This document shows positions 1-6,794 of a stretch of DNA of 64,000 nt, one piece after another. Positions within the stretch are counted from its first letter, which is position 1, and every line of letters begins with the position of its first letter. Made by a program: the position numbers and the translations under genes. Location: NCBI GenBank assembly GCA_017441705.1, contig JAFRWU010000039.1:182-64181 (forward strand), read 5' to 3'. A model generated the notes under the pieces. It was not told the origin of the DNA and did not search any database. It saw only the letters and a list, made by a program, of their open reading frames with translations. This DNA is from Clostridia bacterium. Lineage in GTDB: Bacteria; Bacillota; Clostridia; Oscillospirales; QAMX01.

Positions 1-2
1 TG

Positions 3-239
3 GCGAAGCACGTGAACGGTCTGCGGGAAAAGCGTCTGATCATCACGGAGAACACCGAGATCGTCACCAGGCGCGGCGAGAAGAGAAACGGGACTCTCCT
101 CTATACGATCCGCCCGGTGGAGGAAGCGCTGCGGCACTTCTACGAGCAGCAGATGCAACAGCTCGAAGCAGTCAAAGACCAGGAGATGATCCGAAAAAAG
201 CTCGCCGAGCTCGACCGCAAACGGGAGCGAGCGGGCTAG
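3..239 (+). CDS. Hypothetical protein, 3' fragment (5' end upstream of window)
   Basis: The frame is open from the window edge to TAG at 237-239. The C-terminus is charged and coiled-coil-like (…QQMQQLEAVKDQEMIRKKLAELDRKRERAG). No family recognised. Confidence 0.4.
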   Translation, partial: AKHVNGLREKRLIITENTEIVTRRGEKRNGTLLYTIRPVEEALRHFYEQQMQQLEAVKDQEMIRKKLAELDRKRERAG

Positions 240-267
240 GGTCGAAAATCAAGCAGGTGAAAGAGGC

Positions 268-409
268 GGTGCCGTAAACCGGCACCGGCCTCGGTTCACA
301 GCGGACGGCAACGCCGACCGCACAAGGCTTTCCGGCACTTTCAGACACGATGATTTTACGGTGCCGTATTTGCGGAGATGGTGCCGCAATACGGTGCCGT
401 AAACGCCGG
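268..409. repeat. Cluster of GGTGCCG / CGGCACC heptamer-core repeats upstream of integrase 1
   Basis: GGTGCCG occurs at 268-274, 360-366, 380-386 and 393-399. Its reverse complement is at 280-286, with a partial copy at 333-338. TACGGTGCCGTA is at 357-368 and 390-401, and GGTGCCGTAAAC at 268-279 and 393-404. 268-286 forms the hairpin GGTGCCG-TAAAC-CGGCACC. Confidence 0.6.
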
Positions 410-545
410 AATCGCCCGTGAATCAAGGAAAAACACGGCGCCATATACCGACGCCTACCATCTTTTTCGGAGACAAGGCGATTCTCGCTGGATATTTTGA
501 AAGTGTTGTGGTATGTGTTTGTGTTGCGAAAAGAGGTGAAACGCT

Positions 546-1751
546 ATGGCAAGAAAAAGACCGGACGGCGACGGGCTTGTTCGCAAAAGAAAAGACGGAC
601 GATGGGAAGGCCGCATCATCATCGGACACAAGGAGGATGGCGCGCCGATCTACAAATCCGTCTTCGCCAAAACGCAAAAAGAATTGATGCCGAAACTCCA
701 CGGCGCCATCGACTGTTACCGCGACGCGGATCTGAGCGAGCAGGGCAACATGACGCTGAGCGATTGGATCGAGCAGTGGCTCACAAGCTACGCCGAGCCG
801 ACGCTGCGCGAGAGTACCGTCCGGGGGTATCGCAGTGACGTGCGTCATCACATCAAGCCTGCGCTGGGAAATAAAATGCTGCGCTCCATCACGCAGCGGG
901 ACATACAGAAATTCTATAACGCGCTGGGTCGGAAGACGTACAAAGCAAGTGACGGAAGCGAGCGTTGCCTTGCCGACGCCACGGTGCGCGGCGTTCACAT
1001 GCTGCTCCACGAGATCATGGAAGCGGCGGTGCACTCCCGGCTGATTGTGCAGAACCCGACGGATGGAACGGTGATCCCCAAGCTCAACCGTCCGCCCATG
1101 AAAATTCTCAATGAAGAGCAGCTCGACAAGTTCATGGAAGCGATCCGCGCCGAGCCGCTGTGGTACGATTTCTTCTACACGGAGATCACGACAGGACTGC
1201 GCCGCGGCGAGATCTGCGGGCTCAAGTGGTGCGACCTCGATGAGACAAATGGGACGCTGAAGATATGCCGCTCCATTCATTCGGCTCCCGGCGGCGCGCT
1301 GGAGGTTGGCAATCCGAAAACTGAAAAAGGGACTCGCACGATCCTGCTACCGGCAAGCACGCTCCATGTGCTAAAGGAGCGGCGCAAGACGGCGCTGACC
1401 GAATGGATCTTCCCCAGTCTGCTGGAGCCGGAGAAACCGACGGCGCCCAGCGCGGCGTATCATCGGCTGAAAGTGATCCTCAATGGCGCGGGGCTGCCGG
1501 ACATTCGCTTTCACGATCTGCGTCACACCTTCGCCACCCACGCCATGCGCAGCGGCGTGGACGCCAAGACGCTTTCCGGCATCCTCGGTCACACCAACGC
1601 CAGTTTCACGCTGGACACCTACACCCACGTCACCACGGACATGCAGAAGAACGCCTCGGTCATCGTGGGAGATTTCATGGAAGAACTATTTGGGAAGGAG
1701 TTGAAACCGTGGGAAAGAAACGAAAGTCCGGAGAAGGAACGCTCCGATTGA
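546..1751 (+). CDS. Tyrosine-type site-specific recombinase/integrase (paralog 1)
   Basis: Catalytic motifs are present: TGLRRGEICGLKW (Arg), HDLRHTFATHAM (H-x-x-R) and LGHTNASFTLDTYTHV (His/Tyr). The N-terminus has an arm-type/AP2-like motif, RKDGRWEGRIIIG. RBS AGAGGTGAAA lies upstream of the ATG. Confidence 0.92.
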   Translation: MARKRPDGDGLVRKRKDGRWEGRIIIGHKEDGAPIYKSVFAKTQKELMPKLHGAIDCYRDADLSEQGNMTLSDWIEQWLTSYAEPTLRESTVRGYRSDVRHHIKPALGNKMLRSITQRDIQKFYNALGRKTYKASDGSERCLADATVRGVHMLLHEIMEAAVHSRLIVQNPTDGTVIPKLNRPPMKILNEEQLDKFMEAIRAEPLWYDFFYTEITTGLRRGEICGLKWCDLDETNGTLKICRSIHSAPGGALEVGNPKTEKGTRTILLPASTLHVLKERRKTALTEWIFPSLLEPEKPTAPSAAYHRLKVILNGAGLPDIRFHDLRHTFATHAMRSGVDAKTLSGILGHTNASFTLDTYTHVTTDMQKNASVIVGDFMEELFGKELKPWERNESPEKERSD

Positions 1752-3163
1752 GAAAGGATGGCCGCTGGGAAGGCCGCATCGTCGTCGGCTACGACGAGAA
1801 GGGCGCACCCATCACGAAAAGCGTCACCGCCGTGTCTAAAGCTGTCTGCCAGGAGAAGCTGAAAGAACTCAAAGTAAAGTGCGGCGTCGTCACCGGCAAA
1901 GCAAAGCCGGACATGCCCTTCGGCGACTGGATCGACCTGTGGTATCAGACCTGGTCCAAGCCCGGCCTGCGGATCACGACACAGCAGTGCTACGAAGATC
2001 GGATCTACAATCACATCATCCCACACGTCGGTGAAATCCCTCTGAACAAGCTGACACAGAGCGACCTACAGCAGTTCTACGCGGAGCTGAAGCGGAACGG
2101 ACGGCGTATCCGCCGCGATCTCTACGGTCCCGGCCTGTCCGACCGCATGGTGCGCTCCTGTCACACCACCTGCCGGATCGCACTGGAGAAGGCGAAAACC
2201 GAGGGTCTGATCCGCGTGAATCCCGCCATCGGCTGCAAGCTGCCGCCGAAGAAGGCACGGGAGATGCAGGTGCTCTCCCATGATGAAATGCAGCGGTTTC
2301 TGATCCAGGCGAAGGAGGATGGCTTCTATGAGATAATGCTCCTGGAACTGGCGACCGGCATGCGGCGCGGCGAGATCTGCGCGCTGCAGTGGGACGATCT
2401 GAATCTGCGCACCGGTGAGCTCCATATTCAGCGGCAGGTGATTCACGTCGCAGGCGCATTGCACGAGTCAGCGCCGAAGACGAAAAGCTCGGACCGGGTG
2501 GTGATCCTGCCTCCGGCGGTGCTGGCCGTGCTGCGGGAGCTGAAGGAGCGAACGGACTCACGCTGGATGTTCCCCTCACCGGTAAAAGAAGACGCTCCGC
2601 TGGATCCGCAGAGCGTCTATCGGAAGATGAAAAAGGTGCTGGTGCGGGCGCAGTGCAAGGATATCCGCTTCCACGACCTGCGCCATACCTTCGCTACGAC
2701 AGCCTTGGAGCACGGCATGGACGTGAAAACGCTCTCCGCCATCATCGGCCACATCTCGTCGGCGACCACCATTGACATATACAGCCATATCACCGGCGCC
2801 ATGCAGCAGCAGGCCGCGCAGAAAATCGAGCGCGGGATCGGCCACAGCGAGGCGTATGAGCCCCACGAAACGCTGGACAACCAACTTCCCACCGAAGGCG
2901 GAAAACCGCCCGTAAGCCCACCGTTCGCCCCGTACAAGGGCAAGGTGCGCAAACCCGGCACCGGCGGGATCTACGAACTGAACGATCACCTCTTTGGGGG
3001 CCGCTATTCGCCCACCAACGCCCAAGGCAAGCGCGAGGTGCATACGGTCTATGCCAAGACAAAGGAGGAATGCGAGGAACTGCTGAAGAAAATGATTGTA
3101 GAGGTGCGGGAGAGAATCAAGAAAGAGAAAAGCGCATGGCATGAGAAGGTACATAGCGGCTAA
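1709..3163 (+). CDS. Tyrosine-type site-specific recombinase/integrase (paralog 2) with a long C-terminal extension
   Basis: Motifs TGMRRGEICALQW, HDLRHTFATTAL and IGHISSATTIDIYSHI are present. I chose the GTG at 1709 as the start: it follows GGAAGGAG, and the N-terminus VGKKRKSGEGTLRLRKDGRWEG parallels MARKRPDGDGLVRKRKDGRWEG of paralog 1. The track ORF start at 1403 lies inside integrase 1. Confidence 0.88.
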   Translation: MGKKRKSGEGTLRLRKDGRWEGRIVVGYDEKGAPITKSVTAVSKAVCQEKLKELKVKCGVVTGKAKPDMPFGDWIDLWYQTWSKPGLRITTQQCYEDRIYNHIIPHVGEIPLNKLTQSDLQQFYAELKRNGRRIRRDLYGPGLSDRMVRSCHTTCRIALEKAKTEGLIRVNPAIGCKLPPKKAREMQVLSHDEMQRFLIQAKEDGFYEIMLLELATGMRRGEICALQWDDLNLRTGELHIQRQVIHVAGALHESAPKTKSSDRVVILPPAVLAVLRELKERTDSRWMFPSPVKEDAPLDPQSVYRKMKKVLVRAQCKDIRFHDLRHTFATTALEHGMDVKTLSAIIGHISSATTIDIYSHITGAMQQQAAQKIERGIGHSEAYEPHETLDNQLPTEGGKPPVSPPFAPYKGKVRKPGTGGIYELNDHLFGGRYSPTNAQGKREVHTVYAKTKEECEELLKKMIVEVRERIKKEKSAWHEKVHSG

Positions 3164-3206
3164 GATCCATATAAATGGCTTTGCGTATCTATTGTTATCT
3201 ATATGC

Positions 3207-3235
3207 TTGACAAACGCGCGTACATTTGCTATAAT
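3207..3235 (+). promoter_or_regulatory. Consensus sigma-A-type promoter of the TIR-like gene
   Basis: TTGACA (3207-3212), exactly 17 nt, then TATAAT (3230-3235). It lies 34 nt upstream of the proposed ATG at 3269. Confidence 0.75.
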
Positions 3236-3268
3236 CATTTCATCAAAAACACGGAGGAAATGACGAAT

Positions 3269-4441
3269 ATGGCAAAAAAAGTTGTGCCTGATGATGCAAA
3301 CAATGAGACTGTTGTTCGGGAAAAGAAAGTGAACACGCAAAGATTGCCAAAGATAATGCAAACCAATGTGCCTTCCCACTCATTGAAAGATGCGTTGACC
3401 GTCCCTCAAGCAATTTGGGATAATCTTGCTGGCAAGCCAAGTTCACCGCTCCAAGTTTGTTCTGCTCTTGATTTATCTCCCTCCAGTTCTAAATGGCGTG
3501 ATCTTGCTGGAGCATCGATTGCATATGGTCTTACCTCGGGTGGGTGGAACGCAAAGCAGATTTCAATAGAACCTATTGGAAAGAGAGCAATTGCACCAAC
3601 CCAAGATGGAGATGATTCAAAGGCAATTCGAGAGGCGACATTAAAACCGAGTATTCTTAAGCGCTTTTATGAATACTATGATGGGAAGAAGTTTCCCAAA
3701 GATAATATTGCTGAAAATATTCTTGTTGAGTGGGGAGTTCCAAAGGAACGTGCACCTAAAGTGTTAGCGCTTATAAAAGAAAACGGCTATTTTGCAGGTA
3801 TGCTTACTGAGGTTAAGGGTAGCCAATATATTTCAATTGGTAGCACCACAACTATAATCGATGCTGATCAAGACATTGATTCCACCAGCGAAGAAACGCA
3901 AGAGGAGGATTCGGTGTTGCCGACCGAACTGCTTGAGCGACTTGACCTATCTAAAAAGACTGAAGATTTGAATGCTCCTCCCACAAGTAGACCAGTTGAT
4001 AAGCCTTATAGCAACAACAAAGTCTTTATCTCGCACGGAAAAAATCGATCGATGGTCGAAAATCTTAAAGAGCTTCTCATTTTCGGATCGTTTGAGCCTG
4101 TTGTATCCACTGAACGAGAAACGACTGCTATACCAGTTCCAGAAAAAGTTTTCTCTGATATGCGAGAGTGCCACGCTGGTATTATCCATATAGAAGAGGA
4201 AAGATCATTTATTGACACTGAAGGCAATCCGCATAAGATGCTGAACGAAAATGTGCTGATTGAAATTGGAGCTGCAATTGCACTTTATGGCGACCGGATT
4301 ATTTTGCTTTGCCAAAGGGATATTACCTTGCCATCTAATCTTCAGGGACTTTATCGTTGTAATTATGATGGTGATAAGCTGGATTATGATGCGACGATGA
4401 AGCTCCTAAAAACATTTAACAGTTTCAAGACTGCAAAATAA
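3269..4441 (+). CDS. TIR-like (CAP12/PycTIR-type, PF10137-like) domain protein with an unrecognised N-terminal region; candidate single-gene defence effector
   Basis: C-terminal aa ~251-367 read KVFISHGKN…IPVPEKVFSDM…HAGIIHI…NENVLIEIGAAIALYGDRIILLCQRDITLPSNLQGLY. This matches the remembered pattern of 'predicted nucleotide-binding protein containing TIR-like domain' (VFIVHG…IEKFE…NVIFELGYFIGKLGR…LPSDLSG). GGAGG at 3253-3257 favours ATG 3269; the track start 3203 sits inside the promoter. The gene is AT-rich: two hand-counted 60-nt lines gave 32% and 47% G+C, against 58% in the integrase. Confidence 0.7.
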   Translation: MAKKVVPDDANNETVVREKKVNTQRLPKIMQTNVPSHSLKDALTVPQAIWDNLAGKPSSPLQVCSALDLSPSSSKWRDLAGASIAYGLTSGGWNAKQISIEPIGKRAIAPTQDGDDSKAIREATLKPSILKRFYEYYDGKKFPKDNIAENILVEWGVPKERAPKVLALIKENGYFAGMLTEVKGSQYISIGSTTTIIDADQDIDSTSEETQEEDSVLPTELLERLDLSKKTEDLNAPPTSRPVDKPYSNNKVFISHGKNRSMVENLKELLIFGSFEPVVSTERETTAIPVPEKVFSDMRECHAGIIHIEEERSFIDTEGNPHKMLNENVLIEIGAAIALYGDRIILLCQRDITLPSNLQGLYRCNYDGDKLDYDATMKLLKTFNSFKTAK

Positions 4442-4483
4442 TATCCGTTTTGATAATTTGCGCCGCAGTAAACAAAGAAATAG

Positions 4484-4521
4484 AAAAAATCCTCTGAGAT
4501 CATTGATCCCAGAGGATTTTT
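4484..4521. terminator. Bidirectional intrinsic terminator between the TIR-like gene and tRNA-Pro
   Basis: AATCCTCTG (4488-4496) pairs with CAGAGGATT (4510-4518), with an inner GATC/GATC pairing. An A-run lies 5' and a T-run 3', so it can work on both strands. Confidence 0.75.
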
Positions 4522-4596
4522 GGTCCGAGTGACTGGTTTCGAACCAGCGGCCTCGTGGTCCCAAACCACGCGCTCTACCATCTGAGCTACACCCGG
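4521..4596 (-). tRNA. tRNA-Pro (anticodon UGG), CCA encoded
   Basis: Folded by hand. Acceptor CCGGGTG/CACTCGG with one G-U pair; D stem GCTC/GAGC; anticodon stem CGTGG/CCACG with loop TTTGGGA; T arm GCTGG-TTCGAAA-CCAGT; discriminator A plus CCA. Confidence 0.9.
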
Positions 4597-4663
4597 ATAT
4601 GAAATTGACTTACGGACGGGGAAGACGGCTCTGCGGCAAAGCGGCCTGCCCCGGAGCGATACT

Positions 4664-4692
4664 ATTGTAGCATAATCGGACGCGGGTTTCAA
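4664..4692 (-). promoter_or_regulatory. Promoter of tRNA-Pro
   Basis: On the minus strand: TTGAAA (4692-4687), 17 nt, TACAAT (4669-4664). It lies about 70 nt upstream of the tRNA 5' end. Confidence 0.6.
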
Positions 4693-4817
4693 GCGCTTTC
4701 CCCGGCGTTCCGCGGCAATCCGGCAAAGAGGCGTGCCGTCCGGCTCTGACACAGGGTGGAAAGAGGGAGGAAGACCGGGAGGGATCTCCGTTTTCCCTCG
4801 ATTGTCGAAGGTTTTTC

Positions 4818-4847
4818 TTGACAAGCAAACGCCCGATGCGATAAAAT
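4818..4847 (+). promoter_or_regulatory. Candidate glyQS promoter
   Basis: TTGACA (4818-4823), 18 nt, TAAAAT (4842-4847). It lies about 70 nt upstream of ATG 4918. Confidence 0.55.
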
Positions 4848-4917
4848 AAACAAGATAGGGGCAAAGCGCTCCGGCGCGGCTCCCGAAAGGTTCAGACAAG
4901 AATACGGAGGACAAACC

Positions 4918-6327
4918 ATGCTGAAAAACAACGAAAAAACGATGGACGCCATCGTCACGCTGTGTAAAAACCGCGGCTTTATATACAGTGGCAGCGAGAT
5001 CTACGGAGGGCTTGCCAACACCTGGGATTACGGCCCGCTCGGCGTGGAATTCAAGAACAACATCAAAAAAGCCTGGTGGAAGAAATTCGTGCAGGAAAAT
5101 CCGCTGAACGTCGGACTGGACGCGGCGATCCTGATGAACCCGCAGGTTTGGGTCGCCTCCGGCCACGTGGCGACCTTCAACGATCCTCTGATCGACTGCA
5201 AAAACTGTAAAACGCGTCACCGCGCCGATAAGCTGATCGAGGAATGGCAGAAAGAAAACGGGATCACCGGTGTGATCGTGGAAGCCATGACCAACGAGCA
5301 GATGGTGGCCTACATCAAGGAAAACGGCATCCCCTGCCCCGACTGCGGAAAGAGCGATTTCACCGACATCCGCAAGTTCAACCTGATGTTCAAGACCTTC
5401 CAGGGCGTCAACGAAGACACCGCCTCCACGGTCTACCTCCGCCCCGAAACGGCGCAGGGCATTTTCGTCAACTTCAAAAACGTCGCCAGGACCACGCGCA
5501 AAAAGCTGCCCTTCGGCGTCTGCCAGATCGGCAAATCCTTCCGCAACGAGATCACCCCGGGCAACTTCACCTTCCGCACCCGCGAATTCGAGCAGATGGA
5601 GCTGGAATTCTTCTGCAAGCCGGGCACCGAGCTGGAATGGTTCGATTACTGGAGAAAGTTCTGCAGGGAGTGGCTCCTGTCGCTGGGCATGAAGGAGGAA
5701 AACCTCCGGCTGCGCGACCACGAAAAAGAGGAGCTCAGCTTTTACTCCAACGCCACCACGGACTTCGAATTCGTCTTCCCGTTCGGCTGGGGCGAGCTCT
5801 GGGGCGTCGCCTCCCGCACCAACTACGACCTGACGGCGCATCAGAACACGTCCGGTCAGGATATGACCTATTTCGATCAGGAGACGAGCGAGCATTATAT
5901 CCCCTACGTGGTGGAGCCCTCCCTCGGCGCCGACCGCGTGGCGCTGGCCTTCCTCTGCGACGCCTACGACGTGGAGGAGATCACCGACGCGAAGGGCAAA
6001 ACCGATTCCCGTACGGTCCTGCGCCTGCATCCGGCGCTGGCTCCCTTCAAAGCGGCGGTCCTGCCCCTTTCCAAGAAGCTCTCCGACCCTGCCATGGAGA
6101 TCTACCGGAACCTCTCGAAGAAGTTTATGGTGGACTTTGACAACGCCGGCGGCATCGGAAAGCTCTACCGGAGACAGGATGAGATCGGTACCCCTTACTG
6201 CATCGTTTACGACTTTGACAGCGTAGAAGATCACTGCGTCACTGTCCGTGACAGAGATACGACCGAGCAGGTCAGGATCCCCATCGACAGCCTGGAAAAC
6301 TACATCGCCGGGAAGATCGATTTCTGA
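4918..6327 (+). CDS. glyQS: Glycine--tRNA ligase (homodimeric class II GlyRS)
   Basis: N-terminus [45 protein letters not shown], plus [25 protein letters not shown] and GADRV motifs. RBS GGAGGA lies upstream. Confidence 0.95.
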   Translation: MLKNNEKTMDAIVTLCKNRGFIYSGSEIYGGLANTWDYGPLGVEFKNNIKKAWWKKFVQENPLNVGLDAAILMNPQVWVASGHVATFNDPLIDCKNCKTRHRADKLIEEWQKENGITGVIVEAMTNEQMVAYIKENGIPCPDCGKSDFTDIRKFNLMFKTFQGVNEDTASTVYLRPETAQGIFVNFKNVARTTRKKLPFGVCQIGKSFRNEITPGNFTFRTREFEQMELEFFCKPGTELEWFDYWRKFCREWLLSLGMKEENLRLRDHEKEELSFYSNATTDFEFVFPFGWGELWGVASRTNYDLTAHQNTSGQDMTYFDQETSEHYIPYVVEPSLGADRVALAFLCDAYDVEEITDAKGKTDSRTVLRLHPALAPFKAAVLPLSKKLSDPAMEIYRNLSKKFMVDFDNAGGIGKLYRRQDEIGTPYCIVYDFDSVEDHCVTVRDRDTTEQVRIPIDSLENYIAGKIDF

Positions 6328-6794
6328 GAAACACAAGCGATATAAGCCCAAGGGCGCAAGCTCTTGGGCTATTCGCGTAAGCAAAAACGGCCGCTTTTTC
6401 CGGGATAAGGCGAGAGAACGACCGTTTGTCCGGCGGCGTTTGCATCAAGCCGGAGGTCATATACGGACCGTTCTGACAGCGAAAAGATCAGGGCGGAAAC
6501 CGGTCCGCACCGGATCCCCGGAAAGCCGGGAAGCAAAAAAGTGCCGCCGGGGCGGGATCGCAGACGGATACGGCGTCAAATACGCGATATTACAGTGCGT
6601 ATAGACAGAACCCCCGGGAAGAAGCAAACGATGCGGGGGATTTCGCAGAAGCGCAGGGAGCCGCGAAAGAATAATAAATAGCTATATAAGAATACATAAA
6701 TATGCATATATGAAGGAATAAGAACAAAATTATAGAAAAATAGCGAAAAGAAATATTAATAATATCTGATAGTAATAGAATGGAGAGGCTTATT

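Larger units (their letters stand above)
1..4520. mobile_element. Right-hand end of an integrative element (left boundary outside the window) inserted next to the 3' end of tRNA-Pro
   Basis: Two tyrosine recombinase genes and an AT-rich cargo gene lie directly downstream of the 3' end of a tRNA gene. This is the classic tRNA-3'-end integration layout. No att repeat was found inside the window. Confidence 0.6.

Noticed and set aside
240-545. A second copy of the tRNA-Pro 3' end (attL) or a small excisionase gene upstream of integrase 1.
   Set aside because: The tRNA 3' segment is not present here. The small ORFs in this interval (172-444-, 418-687+) are low-complexity and overlap the repeat cluster or the integrase start.
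1403-1708. The N-terminal 102 aa of the track ORF 1403-3163 as part of integrase 2.
   Set aside because: This stretch lies entirely inside integrase 1 in another frame and is Arg/His/Pro-rich. The GTG at 1709 has a proper RBS and restores an N-terminus parallel to integrase 1.
546-3163. A recombinase-in-trio (RIT) element.
   Set aside because: Only two tyrosine recombinase genes are present. The upstream partial ORF (3-239) shows no recombinase motifs.
3269-4441. The TIR-like gene as part of a complete Thoeris, CBASS or Pycsar system.
   Set aside because: No ThsA-like (SIR2/Macro-SLOG) gene, CD-NTase or pyrimidine cyclase is visible within the window on either side. The neighbours are integrases and a tRNA. 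A partner further upstream of nt 1 cannot be excluded.
4600-4917. A T-box riboswitch upstream of glyQS, which is common in Firmicutes.
   Set aside because: The only resemblance is CAGGGTGGAAAG at ~4751, which lacks the GGTGGTACCGCG-type T-box core. The best promoter (4818-4847) leaves only a ~70-nt leader, too short for a T-box. An Infernal scan would be decisive.
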